DNA of 59,594 nucleotides, from assembly GCF_002113885.1 (NCBI RefSeq), contig NW_018404125.1:946891-1006484 (forward strand), in the 5' to 3' direction. Below, piece after piece: positions 27,725 through 42,293 of the stretch (its first letter is position 1; each line of letters begins with the position of its first letter). The position numbers and the translations under genes are program-made. The DNA comes from Mizuhopecten yessoensis. Its lineage: Eukaryota. Under the pieces are notes generated by a model. That model was not told the origin of the DNA. It saw only the letters and a program-made list of their open reading frames with translations, and made no database searches.

Positions 27725-28130
27725 TCACAACTTTCCTGACCAAGTTACCTTGCCCTCCACACTAGACATTACCATTAGAACTTTCTATCACATGACTTTT
27801 GATTTGTAATGTTGTCTGAAATATTCACTCCACCATTTACAAACAAAACTGTCTAGCCTCCATTAGGCCTCCTTTTCACCAAACAAAAAATGCAGGTTTT
27901 TAATCATTTCAATTCTTCTGTTACTACAATGCTATTGTCAACCAGCAAGTTGCTTGCCTGATACAAAGTCATTTCCCTCTTCCTCCTCCTATTGCCCTTC
28001 CATGTCCTTTGTCAGGTTAAGGCAGTGTGTCTCAACAACATCTGTCTTCAAGACAGCTGACATGGAAATTGACAATATGCAAACACACCTCAGCATAACC
28101 TGGAATAGGCCATCATCAAGTCTAGTGACT

Positions 28131-29767
28131 TCCAGGTCCGCAATACACGGTACAGCAATAGACAGAACACAGGTACTATATATACTACAATAGATTACAA
28201 CCAGGTCCTCAATACCAGGTACAGCAATAGACAGAACACAGGTACTATATATACTACAATAGATTACAACCAGGTCCTCAATACCAGGTACAGCAATAGA
28301 CAGAACACAGGTACTATATATACTACAATAGATTACAACCAGGTCCTCAATACCAGGTACAGCAATAGACAGAACACAGGTACTATATATACTACAATAG
28401 ATTACAACCAGGTCCTCAATACCAGGTACAGCAATAGACAGAACACAGGTACTATATATACTACAATAGATTACAACCAGGTCCTCAATACCAGGTACAG
28501 CAATAGACAGAACACAGGTACTATATATACTACAATAGATTACAACCAGGTCCTCAATACCAGGTACAGCAATAGACAGAACACAGGTACTATATATACT
28601 ACAATAGATTACAACCAGGTCCTCAATACCAGGTACAGCAATAGACAGAACACAGGTACTATATATACTACAATAGATTACAACCAGGTCCTCAATACCA
28701 GGTACAGCAATAGACAGAACACAGGTACTATATATACTACAATAGATTACAACCAGGTCCTCAATACCAGGTACAGCAATAGACAGAACACAGGTACTAT
28801 ATATACTACAATAGATTACAACCAGGTCCTCAATACCAGGTACAGCAATAGACAGAACACAGGTACTATATATACTACAATAGATTACAACCAGGTCCTC
28901 AATACCAGGTACAGCAATAGACAGAACACAGGTACTATATATACTACAATAGATTACAACCAGGTCCTCAATACCAGGTACAGCAATAGACAGAACACAG
29001 GTACTATATATACTACAATAGATTACAACCAGGTCCTCAATACCAGGTACAGCAATAGACAGAACACAGGTACTATATATACTACAATAGATTACAACCA
29101 GGTCCTCAATACCAGGTACAGCAATAGACAGAACACAGGTACTATATATACTACAATAGATTACAACCAGGTCCTCAATACCAGGTACAGCAATAGACAG
29201 AACACAGGTACTATATATACTACAATAGATTACAACCAGGTCCTCAATACCAGGTACAGCAATAGACAGAACACAGGTACTATATATACTACAATAGATT
29301 ACAACCAGGTCCTCAATACCAGGTACAGCAATAGACAGAACACAGGTACTATATATACTACAATAGATTACAACCAGGTCCTCAATACCAGGTACAGCAA
29401 TAGACAGAACACAGGTACTATATATACTACAATAGATTACAACCAGGTCCTCAATACCAGGTACAGCAATAGACAGAACACAGGTACTATATATACTACA
29501 ATAGATTACAACCAGGTCCTCAATACCAGGTACAGCAATAGACAGAACACAGGTACTATATATACTACAATAGATTACAACCAGGTCCTCAATACCAGGT
29601 ACAGCAATAGACAGAACACAGGTACTATATATACTACAATAGATTACAACCAGGTCCTCAATACCAGGTACAGCAATAGACAGAACACAGGTACTATATA
29701 TACTACAATAGATTACAACCAGGTCCTCAATACCAGGTACAGCAATAGACAGAACACAGGTACTATA
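28131..29767. repeat. 63-bp tandem repeat, ~26 near-identical copies
   Basis: Unit ccaggtcctcaataccaggtacagcaatagacagaacacaggtactatatatactacaatagattacaa-type; source of the 594-aa ORF (21-aa unit). Confidence 0.97.
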
Positions 29768-30654
29768 CTCCAATAGGTACTACGTACTATACCTTACAAT
29801 CAGGTAAACCTGTTAACCAGGTATTCAGTAGGTACTACACTACGTTGTAATCAGTAGTCATTATACTTGCCATAAGGAACTGTGAATCCACAACTTGTCA
29901 ACGCAGTCCTCCATTACATTAATTATTAACATCCATTTTACACTGTCTCCTGTACAACCAACACATCCAGTTAAGCGGTTCACTTCAAGCCTGTCGCTCA
30001 ATAAATATTTACCAAGTCTGAGCTATTCCTGACAAAAAGGCTCCTCTGCTGGTAATGACAACCTCTGACTCATGACTTAGAATGAGGAAATGATGTATTA
30101 TATTTTAAGTATTCTTAACATAAATTGAAGATTTCCTGCTGATAAAATTTGAAAATAAAACCTTAACCAAAACAATATGAAGCAGGCAGTTTAACAATGA
30201 ACATTTACATTCTGGATTGTTTTCCTTATATTAAATCACTAACTTATACCTTAATGGTTACCTCGTCCCTTCTTATATCTGTACTTTGTGCTCATTTTAT
30301 TTCTATTATAAGGAGTACACTGTTTGATAGTATCGCTGATTGTAATGTGTACCAGAACAAAACGTTTGAATTCTTAGTCACTGAAGCGTTTGAAGACTTG
30401 ACTGTACCTCGTATCCACATCTCTACCATAATCAGACATGCTATATTTATAGGAAGTAAATGTTAAGATGTTCACAGTTAAATATAATTGCTAAGAATTT
30501 AAAAAAAATTGAAGACATCTTACACAAAACTGATAAAATGACCTTCTTTTGACAAAGTGCTGGAACAATTAAGAAAAAATTCATACATCTTTTTTGATTC
30601 TTATTAATTTTTATTCTTTCACTTTAACAGATTTACCTGACATAAACTGATTGC

Positions 30655-30868
30655 TGAATCTTCTCTTTATATACCCATAAGTCTATTTATCACAGTCTGA
30701 ATCTTCTCTTTACATACCCATAAGTCTATTTATCACAGTCTGAATCTTCTCTTTATATACCCATAAGTCTATTTATCACAGTCTGAATCTTCTCTTTACA
30801 TACCCATATGTCTATTTATCACAGTCTGAATATTCTCTTTATATACCCATAAGTTTATTATTACAGTC
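30655..30868. repeat. 43-bp tandem repeat, ~5 copies
   Basis: Unit ttctctttatatacccataagtctatttatcacagtctgaatc. Confidence 0.92.
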
Positions 30869-33800
30869 CTATGTATTTATTGGACATTTTTTGTTTGTTT
30901 TAAATTTTCTTGTCATTTACCTTACACTGCACAGTAAACATGACCAAAAAAATGACCAAAAAAATGTTTCCTTTTCAGTAAACACTTAAATACAAGGCCA
31001 TTCCTAGTAGAAAGAAGATTTTTTTAACCCTTATAGAACAGTTTTAAAGACTGTGGACATCTACCACAAATAACATACCACAGGTAATACAATACACCTA
31101 TAAATTATAACATGATAGTCTCCACCGTAATCGACACATGACAGCTTTATATCTAGTAGGTAGTGTCCATTGATAAGTCTATTAATTAATATGTAAATGT
31201 TCTATCAAAGCTCAAACAGACACCATTTATTGTCTTGTACAGTTTTGTATTTACTGTCAAGTTCAAAAATAGAACATTAAGGACATAATCATATCAGATA
31301 AAATGACAAAGTCTGCATAACTTGTAGATACATGTAGGAGTTATTTCCCTTTGATTACTGAAATGCCTGGCCATTGTTTTATGGCATGGTATTGACATCT
31401 TTTTATCCCGGAAAACAAGCACATACACTTTTAGCCACTTATCTAGATTAGTCAGCTGTATTATATGTATAATTTATGAATAATTCCTAAATACATTGGA
31501 ATACTCCTACAAATGTCAACACAGGAATTCCGGTGAATTGTGTGGTATTTTGTTGCTTTGCCATCAACTTCATTGACGTCTATAACCAAAGTTTACATAA
31601 ATGTCACCATTACAAGAGAGCTCAACTCTGGGGACTTCATTTAACTTCATGCATTATGTAGTACATTACTGACCCTGCTTTAAAATGTTATTACGTTTTG
31701 GTTTTGGTCGTGGTGGTTTCTTTTCGTCTAGACGATTGAATAGTAAATCAAACATTACACCAACATATACTCCAGAAGAGGAAACATTCAATTAAGTGTT
31801 AGTATAACTACTGACTTCAGAAAACAATTGGGAGGCGATGTCCTTATTTATAATAGAGGTAGGCCACGTTATTAGGTCCTGTTTGGCACTTATTGTTTGC
31901 TTGTTTGAGTGGTTTTGTTACGATAAAAGGTTTTGTATACATAATNTAATTCCAGATATTCTCATTTAATTACATTTGATCTGACCTAAGGAAGTTTACA
32001 ACCATTAATATGCGTATGACCTGTTGGACTATTTCTGACTACCACCAGTGGGACGACCTGCTGTGTCCAGCACCAAACCTTCCGGCTACTGACCATACAT
32101 ACCTTAGATAATGGAACCAATATCTGACCCCTGTCACAGGTGACACAACAATCACCTGTCCTCACTTAATTGGTATTATATACCTGTAGATGAGACCAAC
32201 AAGGTTTTACTTGCCCAATACACTATCATAAACACAACAACAAAGCGGTACAAACAAGCCAATATCTTATCTACCGTAAATATCCTTAATAACAAGCCAA
32301 TATCTTATCTACTGTAAATATCCTTAACATTTGATAGAATTTATTGACGATAACAAATAGAGTATTTAAAGTGTTACTTCGAGTAAAGAGATCTTCACAG
32401 AAACAGAAACTATACCTCAAACTTTCTAAGTCAATCCAATCAAATCCAGGTAAATCCTACAACACCTTATTTTGGTATATCTGTACTTTTAGGTACACCT
32501 GTACTTAACGAGAGGCGATGATTTGCGTAAAATGTTTGGTTGCTTTGGTAACATAAACGTGTGAATGGATAACATTATCTGTCAAATAACTCCATGATGT
32601 CACATAGCCTACAAATTCTCCAGCCAGTGACATTTCCCCCCTCAAAGTCGACATCCAAACTTAAAATAGGAGTCCATCAAAAGTGAGAGACTTTACTGTA
32701 AATATTTGTATGGAATGAAGGTATTTTCAGCTATCTGTATTGTCCATCAAGTGTCCACTTATAGAGGGGTGACTCATGTAGTCTGATCACTATGGTCAAG
32801 GTTTTAAAAGGAAAAACTAGGTTGTCTATGATTTATACAAGAACTGACCTCCTGTTAACTTTACATTGTCCTATAGTGTCCTGGTCACTGTGGTCACTCG
32901 TAACAGACATAGGAAGTGACCCCTAGCTATAACAGTAAATCCTACTAGAGGTGACCCACTCATAAACTCCACTTATTTTACTTAATTGAACCATAAACAG
33001 TTTAAGACATGACAGTCATCACTTCCTCATTAAAACCCTACCAGCCCAACTTAAGTGTTTGTACACAAATCTGGTTTACTGTTCGATCTAAAGTTTACAG
33101 CACTAACTTGTAATTTGTCTTCAGAAACCAGACACTTTGTGTCTTTAGAAATAGTTGGGTAAGGGGGCTATACGACTGGGGGACAGCTAGATATTTTTAA
33201 TGCCATATTAAAGTAATATATGTAACTCTGCTTTGAAGTGCTATTTTTTTATATCTGTATCTGTGCATAATTATATCTGTAACTTTAAGTTGAAATACTA
33301 TTTGTACTGTTGGTTGAAGAAGTATCTGTTAAATCTGCCGTTACTGTATTATCTGTCCTTGTCTCAACCTTTCTTGTTCCATTTTAAAGATGACATGGAA
33401 GAAATGAAATATATTATCGGTAAGTTGTTTCCATTTCGTGTGAACACCTAGCTATTTGACTGTAAGACATTCTACATACAAATACAACAACCACCTGCCC
33501 CAAGAGCTGTTGTGACTGATTCTATTGACTGAAACATGTTATCACCAACACCTTTGTGTGTGTGAGCTGGAAACATGTGAATCCAACTGACATGTGAGTT
33601 TCATAAATATGTGAATCACAATTCAATATGAGAAGATTTCTGTTTTGATATAATTTGATAGAGAATCTTTGTACGATATAACATAATAAATATCAAAACT
33701 ATATTCTTGACTATGAGTTATTAACCAGGCTTTCATACACCCAGATAACCAGTATCTGGGTTGGTCTGTACATGATACTATTCAATCTCTTTAACACAAC

Positions 33801-34309
33801 GTCACTCCTAGTGCATCCAGAAAAACAGGAAATACCTTCAACTTATCCAGGTCAATCCAATTAAATCCAGGTATATCCTGTTGGCACAGATATTATACCC
33901 TTATTTGAGTATACCCGTATAAACGAGCTGTGATGTTTCGGGTTGAGGTTGGCCCCGCCCCCTCTCAGGTAGATATAATCCAAGTATGCCACTGTATCAG
34001 TAAGTGATTACAGGTGTGTCATTGTCAGTCCTCATCAGCTGATGTATCTTACTGTACACATATAGCTTGTGTACCTGTAATTATGTGTGTAACACACCTG
34101 TTAGTCATGCAGATGTGATCATCGTGTAGATAGGTGCACAGTCATGATATACACGGGTAGGCTGCTGGTTAAAAATAACCCAGATTATCATTAACATGAC
34201 AAGAATAAACAGTGTGTCATATCATTTTCCAGGTTCATCAGATGAGTGATTGATTTTTCTCTCAGAACGTTGTCTGTACGTGTTGTACCCTGGTATCGCG
34301 TTGTATTCC

Positions 34310-34349
34310 GTCGTTGAATTCCGGAGAGCCACGCAAAGGTTACTTTATA
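34310..34349 (-). promoter_or_regulatory. Possible internal core promoter (TATA + Inr-like)
   Basis: Minus TATAAAG at 34349-34343, TTCAAC ~30 nt downstream, inside a locally CpG-rich patch (34265-34335). Confidence 0.25.
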
Positions 34350-35146
34350 ATTAAATCTGCCAATCTAATTGTGTAATACACATTCCCTATCTCAGGCTGG
34401 TACCTACACAGTAACATAAATACCAGGGTTTCAATTTTTAGCATCAGGAAAGATATTACAGGTGTTGTATTGTCATATCCACATATACAATATGTATATG
34501 TATTGCTGTCAAACACAATGTTGTAGTGAAAAGATTTAATAATTAAAAATAAATCACTTCACTTCCTTTTGTCCTGGTCAGAATAAACAGTCCTTAATGG
34601 GAGAAAAATCTAAATGCCACATTGATAAACATACTTCCAAAAATAACTTTTTACCTAAATTTTAAATTTCATTGAAAATTTAACTGCTTATATATCACCA
34701 GTTTTATCTGTAATACAGCTCATATCCCCGTTGAAACACATTCGCCCTACCCTTCAAATCCCCACCCCTGGTCCCCAACATTCAACCAACCCCTCCTAAA
34801 GATTATACAGTATCTCATACCATTAGCACACTATTCCCTCTACCCCACCCCTCCCACAATCCACGAGCCAGTTTAACTCACCAATTATCCTTTCCTAAAA
34901 TACTGCATGCATCCAAAATAAAAAGGCCATGCATAGTCCATTTGGTAAGCCAAAAATAATGACAGCAATTATAAAAATATGAAAATAAGAATATTAAGTT
35001 GTGTGCCACCTGAAACACATACCCTGAAAGTGAAAAAATACCTGTGTATGTATATAAATTGTATAGACATTCGGGATGCTGCTGCTGCGAGGAGTATATA
35101 CAACGCTATAGTATTATGATACACACATGCAAACATGCTGAATTAC

Positions 35147-36433
35147 CTGGTCAATCTCCTCCTGTTGGTCCTCTGTCACACTTGGCTCCTCTTGTAGTAT
35201 CTCTTCCTCTTCCAAGGTTTGTGCCACTTCCTCCACTTGAGATTGTGGTGCCACTTCCTCTTCCATAGCTTGTGGTGCCACATCCTCTACATGCTGTGGT
35301 GCCTTTTCCTCTACAGGTTGTGGTACCACTTCCTCCTCCAGAGGTTGTGGCAGCACTTCCTCTTCCTCAACTTGAGGTGCAACATCCTGAACATCCTTTT
35401 CAACTTCCTGAACAACTTCCTCTTGCACATACTGAGCTACATCCTCCTGTGGTGCTGCCTCCATTTCCTCTTGGAACTTAACTTCTGGAATTTGTTCCTC
35501 TTGTTCAGGCTCAAATTCAGCCTGTACTGGCTCTGGTTCAAGGCAGGTTTCTGGCTCTGCAACAGGTTCCGGAACTTGAGGTTCTTCAGTAGGAACCTGT
35601 ACCAGTTCTGGTTGGGTTTCTACTGCCTCTGTCTGAACAGGTTCAATTACCTGCTCTTCTTCTTGTGGAATTGCTTCCTCTTCCACCTGGCTGGGATCCT
35701 CTTCTGGTTCTTGTTCAGCTACATCATCTACAGCCTCAGCTGGAGCACTCTGCATGTAGGAGTCCATGGATACCTCCTCCACAGTTTCCTCTTCTCCCTC
35801 CTCTTCCTGAACAGGCTTGTCTTCAAACTCTGCAGTATTATCCACAGTTTGCGAAATATCTCCTTGAACCTCTTGGTCAACAACTTGTTCAGCAGTTGCA
35901 TCCTCTTGAGAAGCAACCTCCTCCTGAACATCATTCTGAATTATCTCCCCTTGATCACACACCACTTCCTCCTGATGGGAGGAAGCATCACCATTAACAA
36001 CACTTACATTTTCATATATTTTTTCACCGTTTTCTACCACTGATTTCTCGCCACTTACCATAATTAACTCCTCCTCACTGGTTTGAGCAGTTTCCATGGT
36101 AACTCCAGAATCGTCGCTAGTTACTGTGGTACTTGTTCCCATTAAATCCTCGGAAGGGGATCCATTTGTATTATCCTCACTAGATAAATATCCATACATT
36201 GGGTTTTCGGGCTCGGACGAAGCCATGTCTGGTTTCTGTGGTTCCTCGTAATCTGCGGACATCTCGTACAGTGGGTTTGATGAGGGTACAGTAGTAGTAT
36301 TTGTCGGTGGTTCGTCAGGCTCCAGGTCCGTGTTGATGAGGTCGTACAGCGGGTTTATATTGTTGGATGGGGAGCTGAATCCTTTCAACACATCTGTCTC
36401 ATTATTGTGTGTCCCGTTGCTTTGTTGTGAAAC
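35147..36433 (-). CDS. 1287-nt (429-codon) internal exon of an unnamed Glu/Gln/Val/Pro-rich disordered protein with NPLY, NPLY, NPMY and YENV motifs
   Basis: Strong acceptor ttttttctgtttttcttgtctag|GTT; donor CAG|gtaatt; phase 0 at both ends; long open, mostly non-repetitive frame with strong purine/codon bias; short EEEVAPQ-type repeats at the C-terminal end. Confidence 0.92.
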
Positions 36434-37167
36434 CTAGACAAGAAAAACAGAAAAAATTACCATAAATCAATTATGTAATTCACTATAATCTCATAAAGTC
36501 TGAAATTTAAATCTGATTAGAAATTGGATAGTAACATTATTGTAGACAAAGATACCATAGAACTTTTCATAATTTTTCAAATACAATATTTAAACTATTT
36601 ACAAATACCAATGTCTCACTAAGCAATATTGAGCTGATTTCATTTTAGAAAAAAAACAAACAATATTGAGCTCATTTCATTCTTTAAATTGAAAGATTGA
36701 GGACATGTACTTCATGAAGACTGCAGTCTCACAGTGTGAGATAATTCAAAAATCCAATCAGTATACTGTAGTCTTTATTTTGTAATAACAGCCAGCGAGC
36801 TCCAATACGGAAACCCAAAATTATGTGAGGAATGTGTCAATCACGTCAATCACGTCTGCTACCCTCATGAATAATTCTTATTCTGAATTACCTGCCTGAT
36901 ACTTTTAGACAGCAGCTATAGAGAACGGCTGGATGGTTTGAGGAACATTGAACATCTGTGCACAACGCTCTGTGACAATATGCATGACAGCATTAAGAAA
37001 ATGGACAGAAAATATTTAAGATTACAACTACCCATCCTTACCTCTCACAGAAGACTGTGTTGTTTGACTGGTGGTGGTACATATAGATATAGGAATACTG
37101 ACAGCTCTAAATACTTCTCAACTGTGTACAACTAGTGGTTAGTACTCCTTAACATATCTATGGTCTT

Positions 37168-37260
37168 GCAAGAGTTGCTTTGTCTGCAGATGATAATGAT
37201 GAGCTAGCAAGAGTTGCTTTGTCTGCAGATGATAATGATGAGCTAGCAAGAGTTGCTTTG
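37168..37260. repeat. 39-bp tandem duplication (~2.4 copies)
   Basis: gcaagagttgctttgtctgcagatgataatgatgagcta repeated. Confidence 0.85.
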
Positions 37261-38059
37261 GGGAACACAATATGATAGATAGATTATACTTAGGTTTTAA
37301 AACACAATAGAGTCCATGGGCATGAATGGTTAATCATTATGTTAACCTGAACTCCAATAATCAAACCAAATATCTATAAGCTGAGGGCACATGGCATACC
37401 TCAGTAACAGTAGGCGTATATCTTTATGATATTTCATATGGAAAGTTTGTATTTTTCTTGTAGGGTCCCATCTCCTGCATCATTTATATAAGATTTCATC
37501 TCTTTGTCTCAAGAATGTTGTATGAACTAAACTACATCTATATGAAAGTGATGAAAACAAAAGTGAAGACTTCCAAATTCAAATCTTTGTATCCCATTTT
37601 CACTTTTAATCAGTAATAACAAAAGCCACTGTGAAGAAGACATCCTATTGTCATGTTGAATACACAAAATCAAATGCCCTGTTGAGTTTCTATGTTGTAA
37701 TCCTGTATCACCGAGGAGTACCTATACCCCGGCTTACATCATACACAGGCTACACCGGATTTAACACCACCAGAATAAAGTGTATAAGCTAGTCGAGTAG
37801 GAAACTGTCACGTAGGTCCCCGTCCCCGAGGTAAGGGCAATCCTCTAGGAAGTCAGCACTTTTACAGAACAGGATGGAGTGATACTCATGCATACAGAGT
37901 TCTCTCTCTTTATATTTTCATATCATGCTATTTATTATTAAGTGCAGACCTACATTTATATGTCTACATTGAAACATGAAATGAAATTTTATACAAAAAT
38001 TCAACAAAAAACATAGAACAAGAATGATGATGTTTAAAATGTACAGAAATACTATCATT

Positions 38060-38780
38060 GTTGTCAACATAGAGGTGAGGTAATGTTCACACTGCAGAGA
38101 TAGGTAACCTTTATTGTCAACATAGAGGTGAGGTAATGTTTACACTGCAGAGGTAGGTAACCTTTATTGTCAACATAGATGTGAGGTAATGTTCACACTG
38201 CAGAGGTAGGCAACTCTTATTGTCAACATAAAGGTGAGGTAATGTTCACACTGCAAAGGTAGGCCCTTTATTGTCAACATAGAGGTGAGGTAATGTTCAC
38301 ACTGCAGAGATAGGTAACCCTTATTGTCAACATAGAGGTGACATAATGTTCACACTGAAGAGGTAGGTAACCTTTATTGTCAACATAGTGGTGAAATAAT
38401 GTTCACACTGCAGAGGTAGGCAACCCTTATTGTCAACATAGAGGTGACATAATGTTCACACTGAAGAGGTAGGTAACCTTTATTGTCAACATAGATGTGA
38501 GGTAATGTTCACACTGCAGAGGTAGGTTACCCTTATTGTCAACATAGAGGTGAAATAATGTTCACACTGCAGAGGTAGGCCCTTTATTGTCAACATAGAG
38601 GTGAAATAATGTTCACACTGCAGAGGTAGGTAACCCTTTTTGTCAACATAGAGGTGACATAATGTTCACACTGCAGAGATAGGTAACCCTTATTCTCAAC
38701 ATAGAGGTGAGGTAATGTTCACACTGCAGAGGTAGGCAACCCTTATTGTCAACATTTCTGTGGTATAATGTTAACACTGT
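38060..38780. repeat. 53-bp minisatellite, ~13 copies
   Basis: Unit ttgtcaacatagaggtgaggtaatgttcacactgcagagataggtaaccttta. Confidence 0.95.
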
Positions 38781-41080
38781 ACAGACGACAACATTAAATG
38801 TCAAACAATGTCACCTGTCCTGCTGCTCTGACTATTGCCATTATTATATTGCTACTAGTAATAAGCATGGAAGTAATTCACATGAAGTACTGAGCAGGTT
38901 AACACGTTAAGGGATGAAAATGATTTATTTCTCTATCAAAATCATTCCCGTCACCTAACATTGATATCTGTTCAAAAGATTTTGACATTTGACTTCTGCA
39001 GAACACAATCTTCTGGTATTTAATTTCTCTCAAGATTTGTGTGTGCAGCATGTCAACACCAACCCTGAATACATTGTAGTTTATACACCTAGGTCTTACA
39101 GTACCTATATACTTACAGGTAACATATTCTGTAGAGACAGATGTATGTAACATTTCACAGCTGACTTATATTTGTGATTTTATCACCAGGTGATTTACCC
39201 TTGTCTGTGATTTAATCAATGTCTATCATCTCATAATTGTAGCAGAAAAATGTTATGAACGACAGGTAACTGTAAATTTATGATTGGATAAAATGACTTG
39301 ATTATCAAATGGATGGCAGACACCATTAGTTGGGTACATCCAGCAGAAAACTTATAAATGTTGTGGACACAAAACACTCCCGATGACACTGATATCTTGT
39401 TAGTAACCTAGCTAACTTACACTCTAGCATTCCTGGCAAGCCTACCTGGTGAAGATATAAATACCTGGCTAGCTTAGCCAACCTGGAGAAGAAATACCTG
39501 CCAGTTTTGTGGTGCACAAAAAACCCATTGTTTGTGATTTTGTGGTATCAGGAATTCTTATGTTGTACGTCCACAGAATGTGCCTGTGTGTCAGTTACAC
39601 ATACCCCTCCCAGAATATTTAGTGAAATGTTAATTGTTTTTACTACAACAATAAATAACAGCTCTATCAATCCTAGAGATGTCAGACCAGTTATTTATCT
39701 ATATATATATATATATGGGCAAAAGAAGTAATTCCAACAGTGTGGACAAGTTTAGGTTGTCCAATTTTCGGAGCGATCCGCTCCTTTATCAAGAGTCAAA
39801 TCAATTAATCATTTATTATGAGGACTATATCTATATAGTCGTCATAACTTCTGTAATAGACATACTTGTACAGTTAGTACATCAACACTATCGTAATGTA
39901 ACAGTAAATACCTGACCTTTTCTATTCCAATGTCTTACTACACCAAGTACAAAAAGTACTTACCCACAGTAATAAGCTGTCCGATATAATGACAAGGGGC
40001 TTCAGCAAGATGTTAATACACACGTACAGCTAGTCAACCCGACAAAAGCACAAGTACCTCCTCAGAGTAGCCGGATGTTTTAACATCGATATGTCCATCC
40101 TTACAGCTAGTTATGAATATTCATGATGACCTCATACAAATAATGCAGGGACTGTGTCGACCCTGGTAACCTAATTAGTATGTCTATGATAGGTGTAAAA
40201 CAGCTTACTACACTTACCTGTACTTTTACATCTAATCACTGTCCTACACTACTTACACATTCATTCATGAAACATTTGTACACACCTGTCTTTGTAGTGC
40301 CGGACACGGTCTACTGACTCCAAGTTGAATAAACGTTTACTCAATTTAATCATTTATCCAAATACAATAACAGATCAGAAATTGTCATGATCATTTAAAC
40401 AGAACAAATTGTGAAGACCTATACAAATACATCGTATAAATCCTCTAATAAACAAAGTTTTCCTTTAGTCAGACATGGTGTGGTTCACTGGAATGCAGTT
40501 CTAGTTTAGCTGACTTTACTTTCTAACCAGGTAATCGCCCGTCTTTCATCATGAAACTAATTTTTATGCTTCACTGAGATTTAAATCAAGTGAAGAAAAA
40601 AGCAATTCTCCAAATACTTTTCTAGGTGTATACCATCCTATATGGTGATTTGATATCCAGGGTGTGTTGATGTTAAGGTGTTATACATTTACAGGCTGTG
40701 TTCTCATTAGTTATAGTAAAAAGAAACCCATAAAACCCTGTTGGATAGACAAACTACCATATATGATCTAAGAATCTGATTAGGCACAATAAGATTGATT
40801 GTAGAACCCTCAAATATTCTCAAAAAACAACTTTCTCAAACTAGCCTCAATGGGGGTCAAATACAGTACACAATATTTGAGATCAGGGGAAAGTCAGGTC
40901 ACAGTAATAAAATCATCCCCTTATGGTTCATTGGTATTAGAAATATTCCCTAATATTTCATCAGTAATAGAAATATTCCCTTAATAGTACATCAATGATG
41001 CATCTATGTAAATAAAAATGTGTTGATGGAAGAGAAACCTGCATATTAATGTTATGGTAGCTTGGAAAGGATAAAGAGGA

Positions 41081-41112
<32 letters not shown>

Positions 41113-41114
41113 GG

Positions 41115-41245
41115 NNNNNNNNNNNNNNNNNNNNNNNNNNNNNNNNNNNNNNNNNNNNNNNNNNNNNNNNNNNNNNNNNNNNNNNNNNNNNNNNNNNNNN
41201 NNNNNNNNNNNNNNNNNNNNNNNNNNNNNNNNNNNNNNNNNNNNN
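41115..41245. other. Assembly gap following (GT)n/poly-G
   Basis: Run of n. Confidence 1.
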
Positions 41246-41566
41246 GTATGACCTGTCATAGACAGGGAGATTAGGGAGGCTGGGGAGGGGGTATGACCTG
41301 TCATAGAGAGAGAGTTTATGGAGTTAATTAAGAGTAGATGTTAGATAGAGGGCCCTCCCTCCATTAGCACTGATGGTCTGGGTAATGCCCACTTCATGGT
41401 GTATTAACTGTTTGGTACATGTTAGTAGTGGATCATATCCTAACCTCTCCTCCTCATCCTTATCACTTGACTGGCCCCCTTCTATCAATCTTGAATTCTC
41501 CTTCCCCTTTCTTCAACATTATGCCGTTTCCTCCCCTTTGTCCCTTACCTAATGTCTCCTGCCTGT

Positions 41567-41760
41567 TCCTCTGTATCCATCTACAATCAGCCTCATCCCC
41601 AAACCAATCCCTAACTCCCCCTCCTTACCCCCTAATACCCTAACCTTCCTCTGTATCCCTCTACAATCAGTCCCAGCCCCAAACCAATCCCTAACTCCCC
41701 CTCCTTACCCCCTAATACCCTAACCTTCCTCTGTATCCCTCTACAATCAGCCTCAGCCCC
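41567..41760. repeat. 79-bp C-rich tandem repeat, ~2.5 copies
   Basis: ttcctctgtatccctctacaatcag...ccaatccctaactccccctccttaccccctaataccctaacc repeated. Confidence 0.88.
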
Positions 41761-42293
41761 AGGTCAATCACCAATTGATACTACTTACTACTGGTCTCCA
41801 GCAGAATGTTTTGGAAACTTCACTGATAAAACTGTACACTGAACACCAGATGCATGTGTTGTTAATGGCATGTCTTATCCTACAGTCCCAAACACAGCTT
41901 TTGTTTTTGTAAATACATCTGTATGTTAAACCCAGGGGAGTGATTCACACTTCCCAAATGCTGCATCCTCCATTCAGCACTCAGATCATATCAATTTCAG
42001 AAGTTCCCATCTTTTCCTCAACTGATAAGCATCCTTACTTCCATACTGTGCTGGCTGATTAAGGGTATACCTTTAACACTAAAATCACTTATTTTTTCAA
42101 AAAATAAACCTTCTGTCTGGATTCAAAATAGGTATGACTGTCCTTGTGGTCATGCACCTAACCATTTCAATCATGGACCTATCTACCTTTTAATATTCCT
42201 TTTGGCCCATATTTCTTTTCATTTTGATACTCATATGAAGTTCGACAAAAGATGTTTATTGCACTGTCATATAGAGCATGAGGGTAACTCTGT

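Noticed and set aside
27989-29773. 594-aa ORF (STCVLSIAVPGIEDLVVIYCSIY)n
   Set aside because: An invariant repeat with a stop-free unit; no ATG start or splice signals; identical copies give no evidence of selection
33389-33419. Plus-strand microexon-like segment (ttttaaag|ATGACATGG...ATCG|gtaagt)
   Set aside because: Isolated, with no partner plus-strand exons identifiable; consistent with chance
35044-36043. Plus-strand Leu/Phe/Pro-rich ORFs (and 20754-21023)
   Set aside because: Antisense shadows of the acidic minus-strand exons
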